Positions 9,303-18,217 of a stretch of 25,515 nucleotides of DNA are shown here, piece after piece. The notes under the pieces are model-generated. The model did not search any database, was not told where the DNA came from, and worked only from the letters and a program-made list of their open reading frames with translations. Source of the DNA: a virus (Duplodnaviria > Heunggongvirae > Uroviricota > Caudoviricetes); the IMG/VR virus record IMGVR_UViG_2609459834_000009, positions 1 through 25,515 of that record. The stretch is one strand, 5' to 3'. The position numbers and the translations under genes were made by a program. Position 1 is the stretch's first letter, and every line of letters starts with the position of its first letter.

Positions 9303-9458
9303 CGAGAGGTTTATCATTAAGGTCAACCTCTGGATGTTGTTTCGGCATCCTGCATTGAATCTGAGTTACTGTCTGTTTTCCTTGTTGGAACGGAGAGCAT
9401 CGCCTGATGCTCTCCGAGCCAACCAGGAAACCCGTTTTTTCTGACGTAAGGGTGCGCA
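9290..9458 (+). ncRNA. msr-msd: Retron msr-msd non-coding RNA (template/primer for msDNA)
   Basis: Flanked by 12-nt inverted repeats a1 TGCGCACCCTTA (9290-9301) and a2 TAAGGGTGCGCA (9447-9458); internal msr hairpin AGAGGTT/AACCTCT and long imperfect msd stem around GGAGAGCATC-gcct-GATGCTCTCC; sits directly upstream of the RT gene. Matches my recollection of the Ec86 ncRNA. Confidence 0.85.
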
Positions 9459-9464
9459 ACTTTC

Positions 9465-10427
9465 ATGAAATCCGCTGAATATTTGAACACTTTTAGATTG
9501 AGAAATCTCGGCCTACCTGTCATGAACAATTTGCATGACATGTCTAAGGCGACTCGCATATCTGTTGAAACACTTCGGTTGTTAATCTATACAGCTGATT
9601 TTCGCTATAGGATCTACACTGTAGAAAAGAAAGGCCCAGAGAAGAGAATGAGAACCATTTACCAACCTTCTCGAGAACTTAAAGCCTTACAAGGATGGGT
9701 TCTACGTAACATTTTAGATAAACTGTCGTCATCTCCTTTTTCTATTGGATTTGAAAAGCACCAATCTATTTTGAATAATGCTACCCCGCATATTGGGGCA
9801 AACTTTATACTGAATATTGATTTGGAGGATTTTTTCCCAAGTTTAACTGCTAACAAAGTTTTTGGAGTGTTCCATTCTCTTGGTTATAATCGACTAATAT
9901 CTTCAGTTTTGACAAAAATATGTTGTTATAAAAATCTGCTACCACAAGGTGCTCCATCATCACCTAAATTAGCTAATCTAATATGTTCTAAACTTGATTA
10001 TCGTATTCAGGGTTATGCAGGTAGTCGGGGCTTGATATATACGAGATATGCCGATGATCTCACCTTATCTGCACAGTCTATGAAAAAGGTTGTTAAAGCA
10101 CGTGATTTTTTATTTTCTATAATCCCAAGTGAAGGATTGGTTATTAACTCAAAAAAAACTTGTATTAGTGGGCCTCGTAGTCAGAGGAAAGTTACAGGTT
10201 TAGTTATTTCACAAGAGAAAGTTGGGATAGGTAGAGAAAAATATAAAGAAATTAGAGCAAAGATACATCATATATTTTGCGGTAAGTCTTCTGAGATAGA
10301 ACACGTTAGGGGATGGTTGTCATTTATTTTAAGTGTGGATTCAAAAAGCCATAGAAGATTAATAACTTATATTAGCAAATTAGAAAAAAAATATGGAAAG
10401 AACCCTTTAAATAAAGCGAAGACCTAA
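9465..10427 (+). CDS. ret: Retron-type reverse transcriptase
   Basis: 320-aa product with RT motifs QGAPSSPKLANL and YADD, plus the retron-characteristic VTG motif (RKVTGLVI). Confidence 0.9.
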   Translation: MKSAEYLNTFRLRNLGLPVMNNLHDMSKATRISVETLRLLIYTADFRYRIYTVEKKGPEKRMRTIYQPSRELKALQGWVLRNILDKLSSSPFSIGFEKHQSILNNATPHIGANFILNIDLEDFFPSLTANKVFGVFHSLGYNRLISSVLTKICCYKNLLPQGAPSSPKLANLICSKLDYRIQGYAGSRGLIYTRYADDLTLSAQSMKKVVKARDFLFSIIPSEGLVINSKKTCISGPRSQRKVTGLVISQEKVGIGREKYKEIRAKIHHIFCGKSSEIEHVRGWLSFILSVDSKSHRRLITYISKLEKKYGKNPLNKAKT

Positions 10428-10440
10428 TGGTCTTCGTTTT
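10417..10440. terminator. Bidirectional hairpin terminator between RT (+) and portal gene (-)
   Basis: CGAAGACC-taat-GGTCTTCG followed by TTTT on the plus strand and AAAA beyond; overlaps the RT stop codon. Confidence 0.55.
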
Positions 10441-10444
10441 AAAA

Positions 10445-11470
10445 CTAAAGCTCATAGGTTGAAAAATTGAGCACTTCTTCGTCCAACCAGTTATTTAGTT
10501 CCTGCAATCGTTTCTGCAGGGGCATCAATTCGTTTCTTACGAATACCTTGCTAGCCTTCTCCACATCCCCAAACCCCCCGACATTATTAGGCATAATTCC
10601 CATCATTTGCGGCGGCACGCGGTGTGCCGCCATCATGTCATCACGGCTCACGTTCTTGATATTCAGAAACTCATCCTTCGCTGCGACTTCTGACAACGGG
10701 ATAATCTGAAGTCCGTCTTTTTTACCATTAGGCGAGTACATAAACAGGTTGCGGAAGTTGCCAGGGCCTTTGGCACTTTTCATCGCATTGCGGAGGTTGT
10801 TCACATCTTCCTGGTTCTGCGCGGCGTCGGTCATATACATGATGAAGCCAGCATGACTGCCGTTAATGTAATACTTTCGACGGAACAGCGTGGCGGACTC
10901 ATTGAGCAGGGCGGACGGAATGGCAGAAAGATAGCCTGGCAAGCCGTAGATCTCCTGGTTAATGTCCGGTTCCATCAGATGAAAAATGCTGCCTTTCGTG
11001 AACTGATACGGCTGGGTTGTCATACCGTATTGCACAAACCAGTAGGTATCCAGGTCTAACCCGCGTCGGGTGTATTTTGCCAGTGCAGGCTCAAGGGCGA
11101 TAACTTCACCGAAGCGGTTCGTGCGTTTCTCCAGGTAGGCGTTACCAAAAACCAGATAGTCCTGCACAAAACGCGAAAAAGCCTGCTGGCTGAGCAGCGG
11201 GTGAGGGATGTAGGTGCTGGTCAGAATGTTGCACTTCACTGCAATCGGTGAGCTGTGATGCACGGCGGCGCGGAAGGTTCGCGCCAGTCCGTCGAAACTC
11301 ACAGGCGGCTCATACCAACGATCCATCTGTACGCATTCCACATAGTCCAGCAGTTCGCGGCGGTCCAGAACAGGAACGGGATCGCCAAAGCTGAATGCTT
11401 CGGCTGAAGTTTGGTTTTTATGCTGGATCTGATTCGTCGCCGCAGCGCGTTTTTTCTTACTCTTTCCCAT
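10445..11470 (-). CDS. Q: Portal protein (P2 gpQ family)
   Basis: 341-aa product co-linear with P2 Q; ATG at 11468-11470 with GGAG RBS; start overlaps terminase stop (TGATG). Confidence 0.85.
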   Translation of the reverse strand: MGKSKKKRAAATNQIQHKNQTSAEAFSFGDPVPVLDRRELLDYVECVQMDRWYEPPVSFDGLARTFRAAVHHSSPIAVKCNILTSTYIPHPLLSQQAFSRFVQDYLVFGNAYLEKRTNRFGEVIALEPALAKYTRRGLDLDTYWFVQYGMTTQPYQFTKGSIFHLMEPDINQEIYGLPGYLSAIPSALLNESATLFRRKYYINGSHAGFIMYMTDAAQNQEDVNNLRNAMKSAKGPGNFRNLFMYSPNGKKDGLQIIPLSEVAAKDEFLNIKNVSRDDMMAAHRVPPQMMGIMPNNVGGFGDVEKASKVFVRNELMPLQKRLQELNNWLDEEVLNFSTYEL

Positions 11471-13236
11471 CAAAAAATCTCCACAATATTGCTGGTATTG
11501 GCGGATTCGCCCTGCAGCGGTTCGTTAAACAGTGCGTGCATGGTTGCCCAGGCCAGATCGGCATGGCTGGCTTCTTCGCTGCGGCTGGCTTCATAGGTTG
11601 GGCGGTTGCCGCTGGCGGTGGTGGCGCGACGGATTGCCATAAATGACTGCGCTATGTCGGTGTGTCCGGCGTCAAACTCCAGACGACGGTGACTGATAAT
11701 GTCGTAGGCCTTGAGTACCAGGGCGTTTTTAACGTTGGGGTTGTAGACAAACTCCCGGACGGCTGGAAAAAACGCTTTCACGTTCTCGTAAACCCCGTGG
11801 CCGACACCTGTCGAGTCGATGCCGATGTAGGTCACGTTGTACTGTTCGGTCAGTTTTTTGATGGCGTCAGCCTGGGCGCGAAAGTCCATTCCGCGCCACT
11901 GGTGACGCTCAAGAATGCGGAACTTGCCGCCCGGCACGGCTGGCGGTGCTACCACCACGCATCCGGCGCTGTCGCCATTCTGCGTACCTTTCGCCGGGTC
12001 ATAACCGATCCATACTTCGCGCCAGCCAAACGGGCGCAGGGCCAGTGCATGAAAGTCAGTCCAGACTTCCCAGCTGTCTACCATGCACGCCTGCAGCTCG
12101 CTGAGCGGGAACACGGACGCGAGATCGTCCACAAACTCGCACATCAGCAGGTTCTGGTATTCGTCCGGGCTGTACTCCATGCGCAACTGGTCAAGGTCGA
12201 ACAGGTTACAGCCGCCGCGCACCGCATCTTCCACGGTGACTATCTGGCGGTATTGCCCGTCTGCGCACAGCAGGCCGGGGGCCAGATTGCTGTGGGACAG
12301 GTCGATGTCCACCTTATCGGCTTTGTTGCGCCCACGGTTGAACAGCGCACCGGACCAGAACGGATAAGCACTGTGTGTCAGGCTGGATGGCGTGGAAAAA
12401 TAGGTTTGTCGCCATTTTTTGTGAATAGCCATACCGGAAGCCACTTTGCGCAGCTCCTGGAATTTCGGTATCCAGAAATATTCATCCAGATACAGGTTGC
12501 CGTGGTAACTCTGGGCCGTGCGGGCATTGGTGCCGAGGAAGTAAAGCGTGGCCCCGTTGGGAAGCACCATCGGATCGCCTTTCAGCTCCACCTCCACTTC
12601 TTTGGCGAAGTCGATGATGTACTGCTTAAAGACGTGGGCCTGTGCCTTACTGGCAGAAAGGAAAATCTGGTTACGTCCGGTAAGCAGGGCGTCAATCAGG
12701 GCTTCACGGGCAAAATAGAAGGTCGCGCCGATCTGGCGTGACTTCAGCAGGTTGCGGATGCGGTTGGTTTTTCCGGCTTCCCACCAGTGGCGCTGGTAGT
12801 TGAACATGGAGGAATGGAAAATTTCTTCCAGCTTCTCAATCTGTTCATCGGTGAAAACATTCTTTTCAGGCTGACGGCGTGGGCCTTTGTTGCGGTTGGC
12901 GACGTTAGGGTTTAAGTCAGCTTCGTTGCCGCCATTGTTAAACTTGCCGATCCGCGCGTGGCGCTCCGACTGGCGCGCCAGCAGGTCAATCTCTTTGAAA
13001 TCTTTCCCTTCTTTGTGCTCCTTCATGATGAGCTGGCAGTAGCGTGCGGCGGTGGTGAGCTGCATCTGATCCAGCGGCCCATAGTCACCCCACTTGTCGC
13101 GTTTTTTCCAGCTGTGAACGGTTGCAGCTTTCTCGCCCAGCATTTCAGCAATGCGGGCTACGCGGTATCCCTGAAAGTACAGCAGCATGGCCTGCCGACG
13201 GGGATCGAGATCTGCGGGTGTCAGTGTGGTGTTCAT
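11470..13236 (-). CDS. P: Terminase large (ATPase) subunit (P2 gpP family)
   Basis: 588-aa product; size and position upstream of portal on the minus strand as in P2. Confidence 0.9.
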   Translation of the reverse strand: MNTTLTPADLDPRRQAMLLYFQGYRVARIAEMLGEKAATVHSWKKRDKWGDYGPLDQMQLTTAARYCQLIMKEHKEGKDFKEIDLLARQSERHARIGKFNNGGNEADLNPNVANRNKGPRRQPEKNVFTDEQIEKLEEIFHSSMFNYQRHWWEAGKTNRIRNLLKSRQIGATFYFAREALIDALLTGRNQIFLSASKAQAHVFKQYIIDFAKEVEVELKGDPMVLPNGATLYFLGTNARTAQSYHGNLYLDEYFWIPKFQELRKVASGMAIHKKWRQTYFSTPSSLTHSAYPFWSGALFNRGRNKADKVDIDLSHSNLAPGLLCADGQYRQIVTVEDAVRGGCNLFDLDQLRMEYSPDEYQNLLMCEFVDDLASVFPLSELQACMVDSWEVWTDFHALALRPFGWREVWIGYDPAKGTQNGDSAGCVVVAPPAVPGGKFRILERHQWRGMDFRAQADAIKKLTEQYNVTYIGIDSTGVGHGVYENVKAFFPAVREFVYNPNVKNALVLKAYDIISHRRLEFDAGHTDIAQSFMAIRRATTASGNRPTYEASRSEEASHADLAWATMHALFNEPLQGESANTSNIVEIF

Positions 13237-13282
13237 GGCACAAACCTACAACCTTGAATGAATGCTTTCCCCGCCTGCGGTT

Positions 13283-13300
13283 TGTGTGGTTGTCGGTACA
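13283..13300. promoter_or_regulatory. TGT-N12-ACA dyad in the P/O divergent promoter region (candidate late-activator site)
   Basis: TGTgtggttgtcggtACA in the 142-bp intergenic region between divergent P and O genes; form matches the P2-family late promoter activator element. Confidence 0.4.
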
Positions 13301-13378
13301 AATACCGCGCATTGTTTCACTGCCCCCATCACCGCAACCATAAGGCTCCAGTAAGTTTTTTCTAACGGAGCACGGCTC

Positions 13379-14212
13379 ATGACAGTGAAAGCAAAGCGTT
13401 TTCGCATCGGGGTGGAAGGTGCCACCACCGACGGACGCGAAATCCAGCGTGAATGGCTGGAACAGATGGCAGCCAGCTACAACCCGGCGGTGTATACCGC
13501 GCTGATTAACCTTGAGCACATCAAGTCTTATCTGCCGGACAGCACCTTTAACCGCTACGGTAAGGTGACGGCGCTGTTTGCTGAAGAAATCACGGAAGGT
13601 CCGCTGGCAGGCAAGATGGCGCTGTATGCCGACGTTGAGCCAACGGAGTCCCTGGTGGAACTGGTGAAAAAAGGCCAGAAATTATTCACCTCTATGGAAG
13701 TCAGCCCGAAGTTTGCTGATACGGGCAAAGCCTACCTGGTCGGCCTGGCAGCCACTGATGACCCTGCCAGTCTGGGCACTGAAATGCTGACATTCAGCGC
13801 CAGTGCAGCCCATAACCCGCTGGCAAACCGCAAGCAGAATCCCGCCAATCTCTTTACAGCCGCAGAGGAAACGGTGATCGAACTGGAAGAAATCCAGGAG
13901 GACAAGCCGTCCCTGTTTGCCCGTGTCACGGCGCTGTTCACCAAAAAAGAGCAGTCCGATGACGCCCGGTTCTCTGATGTGCATAAGGCCGTGGAACTGG
14001 TCGCCACTGAGCAGCAGAACCTGAGTGCGCGCACCGAAAAATCCCTGTCTGAGCAGGAAGAGCGCCTGTCTGAGCTGGAGACAGCCCTGCAGGCACAGCA
14101 GACCGCCTTTAACGAACTGGTGGACAAGCTGAGCCAAGAAGACAGCCGCCAGGACTACCGCCAGCGTGCAACAGGCGGTAACGCCCCCGCTGACACTCTG
14201 ACCAATTGCTGA
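13379..14212 (+). CDS. O: Capsid scaffolding protein (P2 gpO family)
   Basis: 277-aa product; first gene of the rightward capsid operon; acidic coiled-coil-like C-terminal half. Confidence 0.85.
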   Translation: MTVKAKRFRIGVEGATTDGREIQREWLEQMAASYNPAVYTALINLEHIKSYLPDSTFNRYGKVTALFAEEITEGPLAGKMALYADVEPTESLVELVKKGQKLFTSMEVSPKFADTGKAYLVGLAATDDPASLGTEMLTFSASAAHNPLANRKQNPANLFTAAEETVIELEEIQEDKPSLFARVTALFTKKEQSDDARFSDVHKAVELVATEQQNLSARTEKSLSEQEERLSELETALQAQQTAFNELVDKLSQEDSRQDYRQRATGGNAPADTLTNC

Positions 14213-14228
14213 TGGAGCACAAAACCTG

Positions 14229-15284
14229 ATGAAGAAGAATACCCGCTTTGCTTTTAACGCTTACCTGCAGCAACTGGCGCGTCTGAACGGTGTGGCAGTT
14301 GAAGAACTGTCCAGCAAGTTCACCGTAGAGCCGTCCGTGCAGCAGACATTGGAAGACCAGATCCAGCAGTCCGCCGCTTTCCTGACGCTGATTAACGTCA
14401 CGCCAGTGACTGAGCAGTCCGGTCAGCTGCTGGGGTTGGGAGTTGGCAGCACCATTGCCGGAACCACTGATACCACCGCGAAAGAGCGTGAACCTGTCGA
14501 TCCGACGCTGATGGTCGATGTGGAATATAAATGCGAGCAGACCAACTTTGACACGGTGCTGACCTACGCGAAGCTGGACCTGTGGGCGAAGTTTCAGGAT
14601 TTTCAGGTGCGTATCCGTGACGCCATCGTGAAACGTCAGGCACTGGACCGCATCATGATCGGCTTTAACGGCGTGAAGCGTGCGAAAACCTCCAACCGTA
14701 GCGAAAACCCGCTGCTGCAGGATGTGAATAAAGGCTGGCTGCAGAAAATCCGTGAGGATGCACCGGATCACGTCATGGGCAGCACCACCACGGGCGGTGA
14801 AACCACACCGGGCGCGGTGAAAGTCGGTAAAGGTGGCGAATATGCCAACCTGGACGCCGTGGTGATGGATGCCGTTAATGAGCTTATCGACGTGGTCTAC
14901 CAGGACGATGACGATCTGGTGGTGATTTGCGGTCGTGAACTGTTGTCTGATAAGTATTTCCCGCTGGTCAACAAAGAGCAGGAAAACAGTGAAAAACTGG
15001 CTGCCGATATGATCATCAGCCAGAAACGCATGGGTGGCCTGCAGGCCGTGCGTGCGCCGTTCTTCCCGCCGAATGCGCTGCTGATCACCCGTCTGGATAA
15101 CCTGTCCATCTACTGGCAGGAAGACACCCGCCGCCGTTCAGTTATCGACAACCCGAAACGTGACCGGATTGAAAACTTTGAATCCGTTAACGAAGCCTAT
15201 GTGGTTGAGGACTACCGCTGCGCAGCACTGGTGGAAAACATCCAGATTGGCGACTTCAGCACCGCCGCAGAAGCCGGAGCATAA
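14229..15284 (+). CDS. N: Major capsid protein (P2 gpN family)
   Basis: 351-aa product whose translation closely resembles what I recall of P2 gpN (TRFAFNAYL..., FTVEPSVQQTL, YFPLVNKEQENSEKLAAD). Confidence 0.9.
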   Translation: MKKNTRFAFNAYLQQLARLNGVAVEELSSKFTVEPSVQQTLEDQIQQSAAFLTLINVTPVTEQSGQLLGLGVGSTIAGTTDTTAKEREPVDPTLMVDVEYKCEQTNFDTVLTYAKLDLWAKFQDFQVRIRDAIVKRQALDRIMIGFNGVKRAKTSNRSENPLLQDVNKGWLQKIREDAPDHVMGSTTTGGETTPGAVKVGKGGEYANLDAVVMDAVNELIDVVYQDDDDLVVICGRELLSDKYFPLVNKEQENSEKLAADMIISQKRMGGLQAVRAPFFPPNALLITRLDNLSIYWQEDTRRRSVIDNPKRDRIENFESVNEAYVVEDYRCAALVENIQIGDFSTAAEAGA

Positions 15285-15287
15285 ACC

Positions 15288-15938
15288 ATGAGCCTGAGTC
15301 CCGCACGGCAGCATCGCCTGCGCGTTCAGGCTGAACAGGCCGCCCGCGAGGGCGGCAGTGTTCGCCACGCGTCGGGCTATGACCTGATGCTGCTGCAACT
15401 GGCGGAAGACCGCCGCCGTCTCAAGGGCGTTCAGTCCACGGTCAAAAAAGCGGAAATCAAAGTGGAGCTGCTGCCGAAGTACGCCGCCTGGGCGGAGGGT
15501 GTCCTGGCTGCCGGAGGCGCACAGCAGGATGACGTGCTGATGTACGTGATGCTGTGGCGCATTGATGCCGGAGATTATGCCGGGGCGCTGGAGATCGGGC
15601 GTCATGCCCTGCGTCATGGCTGGGTGATGCCGCTGGGTAACCGCAACGTGCAGACCGTGCTGGCAGAGGAAATGGCAGATGCAGCGCAGAGCGCAATGCT
15701 TGCCGCCACCGACTTTGATGCCGATCTGTTGCTGCAGACGCTGGAGCTGACAGACGGTCTGGATATGCCGGACCAGTCACGGGCGCGTCTGCATAAAGCG
15801 ATTGGCGCTGTCCTGAGTGAAAGCAATCCGGCTTCCGCCCTTAATCATCTCAACCATGCGTTACAGCTCGATCCCCGCTGTGGCGTGAAAAAAGACAAAC
15901 AGCAGCTGGAGCGCAGACTGCGCAATGACAGCCGCTGA
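15288..15938 (+). CDS. M: Terminase small/endonuclease subunit (P2 gpM family)
   Basis: 216-aa product; position after capsid gene; similarity to P2 M (DDVLMYVMLWRIDAGDYAGALEIGRHAL). Confidence 0.85.
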   Translation: MSLSPARQHRLRVQAEQAAREGGSVRHASGYDLMLLQLAEDRRRLKGVQSTVKKAEIKVELLPKYAAWAEGVLAAGGAQQDDVLMYVMLWRIDAGDYAGALEIGRHALRHGWVMPLGNRNVQTVLAEEMADAAQSAMLAATDFDADLLLQTLELTDGLDMPDQSRARLHKAIGAVLSESNPASALNHLNHALQLDPRCGVKKDKQQLERRLRNDSR

Positions 15939-16033
15939 CAGAACGTGCCCCCGCGCACGGGCGGCACGGGGTGGCGAAAGGCACTGCCACATCAAAATCC
16001 CGTCCACCGCCCTCTATTTCAGGAGAAAGCAGC

Positions 16034-16498
16034 ATGAAGTTTGTTGCGCCAGAACAGGCACCGGAACAGGCGGAAATCATCAGAAATACGCCGTTCTGGC
16101 CTGATGTGGACCTGTCGGAGTTTCGCTGTGTCATGCGCACTGACGGCACGGTGACGCAGCCGCGTTTAAAGCAGGTTGCGCTGTCGGCAATTTCGGAGGT
16201 CAACGCAGAGCTGTATGAGTTTCGCAGACGTCAGCAGATGCTGGGATATGCCTCGCTGGCAGAGGTTCCGGCGGAACAGCTGGACGGCAAAAGTGAGCGC
16301 ATTCATCACTATTTCAACGCGGTTTACTGCTGGGCACGCGCCATGCTCAACGAGCGTTATCAGGACTATGACGCCACGGCATCCGGTGTGAAGCGGGGCG
16401 AGGAACTGGCGGAAGCAAGCGGTGATTTGTGGCGTGACGCCCGCTGGGCCATCAGCCGGGTGCAGGATGCGCCGCACTGCACAGTGGAGCTTATCTGA
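16034..16498 (+). CDS. L: Head completion/stabilisation protein (P2 gpL family)
   Basis: ATG at 16034 with AGGAG RBS 8 nt upstream; track start 15971 rejected. 154 aa. Confidence 0.8.
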   Translation: MKFVAPEQAPEQAEIIRNTPFWPDVDLSEFRCVMRTDGTVTQPRLKQVALSAISEVNAELYEFRRRQQMLGYASLAEVPAEQLDGKSERIHHYFNAVYCWARAMLNERYQDYDATASGVKRGEELAEASGDLWRDARWAISRVQDAPHCTVELI

Positions 16499-16701
16499 TG
16501 AAAGTGCGTGCGCATCAGTATGACACGGTGGACGCGCTTTGCTGGCGTCATTACGGGCGCACGCAGGGTGTCACGGAGCAGGTACTGAAGGCAAATCCGG
16601 GGCTTGCCGAATACGGCCCCTTTTTACCTCACGGGCTGCAGGTGGAGCTGCCGGACATTCCGACAACCACCACCGTGCAGACCGTCCAGCTATGGGACTG
16701 A
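16498..16701 (+). CDS. X: Tail protein X (P2 gpX family)
   Basis: 67-aa product (YGRTQGVTEQVLKANPGLAEYGPFLPHG) resembling P2 gpX; ATGA overlap with L stop. Confidence 0.75.
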   Translation: MKVRAHQYDTVDALCWRHYGRTQGVTEQVLKANPGLAEYGPFLPHGLQVELPDIPTTTTVQTVQLWD

Positions 16702-16704
16702 ATT

Positions 16705-16920
16705 ATGACGCTTGAGCGAATCAGCGCCTTTATCACGTATTGCATCGCCGTCGTGCTGGCCTGGCTGGGCGATTTGTCCATCAAGGATGCCTCAACGCTG
16801 GGCGGCCTGATGATTGGTGTACTGATGCTGGCTATCAACTGGTACTACAAACACAAAGCCTACCAGCTTCTGCGCGACGGGCAGATCTCGCGGGAGGACT
16901 ATGAATCCATCAATCGTTAA
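16705..16920 (+). CDS. Holin (two predicted TM segments)
   Basis: 71-aa product with two hydrophobic segments and charged C-terminus; immediately upstream of endolysin. Confidence 0.65.
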   Translation: MTLERISAFITYCIAVVLAWLGDLSIKDASTLGGLMIGVLMLAINWYYKHKAYQLLRDGQISREDYESINR

Positions 16921-17413
16921 ACGCTGCCTTGTCGGGGCCGTGCTGGCTATTGCTGCCACGCTGCCGGGTTTTCAGCAGCTTCACACCTCCGTGGAGGGGC
17001 TGAAACTGATTGCTGATTACGAAGGCTGTCGTCTGCAGCCGTATCAGTGCAGCGCGGGTGTCTGGACCGACGGCATTGGTAATACGTCGGGCGTCATTCC
17101 CGGCAAAACCATTACGGAGCGACAGGCAGCAGAAGGGCTGATCTCCAACGTGCTGCGTGTGGAGCGGGCGCTGGAAAGGTGTGTGAAGCAACAGCCGCCG
17201 CAGAAGGTGTATGACGCTGCGGTGTCGTTTGCCTTCAACGTGGGAACGGGCAATGCCTGCAGTTCCACACTGGTGAAATTACTCAATCAGCGGCGCTGGG
17301 CGGATGCGTGCCGACAGTTGCCGCGCTGGGTTTATGTGAAAGGTGTTTTTAATCAGGGGCTGGATAACCGCCGTGCGCGGGAGATGGCCTGGTGCTTACA
17401 GGGAGCAAACTGA
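16901..17413 (+). CDS. Endolysin, lysozyme family, probably signal-anchor-release type
   Basis: E-x8-(D/C)-x5-T catalytic spacing (EGLKLIADYEGCRLQPYQCSAGVWTDGIGNT); N-terminal hydrophobic SAR-like segment; GGGAGG RBS. Confidence 0.8.
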   Translation: MNPSIVKRCLVGAVLAIAATLPGFQQLHTSVEGLKLIADYEGCRLQPYQCSAGVWTDGIGNTSGVIPGKTITERQAAEGLISNVLRVERALERCVKQQPPQKVYDAAVSFAFNVGTGNACSSTLVKLLNQRRWADACRQLPRWVYVKGVFNQGLDNRRAREMAWCLQGAN

Positions 17414-17414
17414 A

Positions 17415-17792
17415 ATGAAAAAGAAAGTAATCAGCGGGCTGTTTCTGATGTTATGGATGGCGCTGTTGATCGCAGCAATGGTGTATCCACAGGGGATTTT
17501 TCCGGTACTGGCAGCGTCCGGTGTCTGGGTAGCCTGTCTGCTGACATGGGCGGTAATTCCGGTAGCACTGGCTGCGTTAATTAAGAACGGCCCGCTCTGG
17601 CAGGAGTTGAGGGCATCTTTGCTAAAGACCATTACCCGAAAAGAAAACGTATTTATCAGCTGGGTGATGCGATTGCTGATTGTCGTAAGTTTCGCCTGGA
17701 CGGGGTGGGCTATTACCCTGGTCTTTTATCTGCTGACCGTTATTGCCTTCTGGATGATCCGTAATCAGATTGCGCAACAGGTAGCAGCATGA
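17415..17792 (+). CDS. LysA-like integral membrane lysis-associated protein
   Basis: 125-aa product with about four hydrophobic segments; ATG at 17415 following endolysin stop; track start 17343 rejected. Confidence 0.55.
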   Translation: MKKKVISGLFLMLWMALLIAAMVYPQGIFPVLAASGVWVACLLTWAVIPVALAALIKNGPLWQELRASLLKTITRKENVFISWVMRLLIVVSFAWTGWAITLVFYLLTVIAFWMIRNQIAQQVAA

Positions 17793-18217
17793 ACCGGTTG
17801 CTGCTGGTTGTGCTGGCGTTATTACTGGCGGCGCTGGGCTGGCAGACGTGGCGGCTGGCTGATGCCAGCCAGACCATCAGCACGCAGGCAGACGAGCTTC
17901 GGAGCAAAAGCCAGGCACTGGCAAAGAGCAACAGCCAGCTTATCAGCCTGTCCATTCTGACTGAAACCAATAACCGGGAGCAGGCGCGGCTCTATGCCGA
18001 AGCAGAACAGACCAGTGTACTGCTGAGACAACGACAACACCGGATTGAGGAACTGAAACGTGAGAACGAGGATTTACGCCGCTGGGCTGATACTCCTTTG
18101 CCTGCTGACATTATCCGGCTGCGGGAACGCCCCACACTCACCGGAGGTGCAGCTTACCGTCAGTGGTTGTCCGCGAGTGACGCCGTGTCGGCTGGGGCAG
18201 GCAGCGCCGCGCACTAA
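17789..18217 (+). CDS. LysB / Rz-like inner-membrane spanin
   Basis: 142-aa product with N-terminal TM and coiled-coil-like central region; ATGA overlap with previous stop. Confidence 0.65.
   Translation: MNRLLLVVLALLLAALGWQTWRLADASQTISTQADELRSKSQALAKSNSQLISLSILTETNNREQARLYAEAEQTSVLLRQRQHRIEELKRENEDLRRWADTPLPADIIRLRERPTLTGGAAYRQWLSASDAVSAGAGSAAH

Noticed and set aside
9290-9458. Possibility that the inverted repeats are a CRISPR repeat or transposon termini
   Set aside because: Only one pair of 12-nt inverted (not direct) repeats, enclosing a structured 169-nt region immediately 5' of an RT gene: the retron msr-msd pattern, not a CRISPR array or IS element.
11662-12741. 359-aa plus-strand ORF inside the terminase gene
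   Set aside because: Antisense to a strongly supported terminase CDS; GC-rich antisense frames often stay open; no RBS or recognisable domain.
14109-14771. 220-aa minus-strand ORF overlapping scaffold and capsid genes
   Set aside because: Antisense to well-supported O and N genes; low-complexity translation; spurious.
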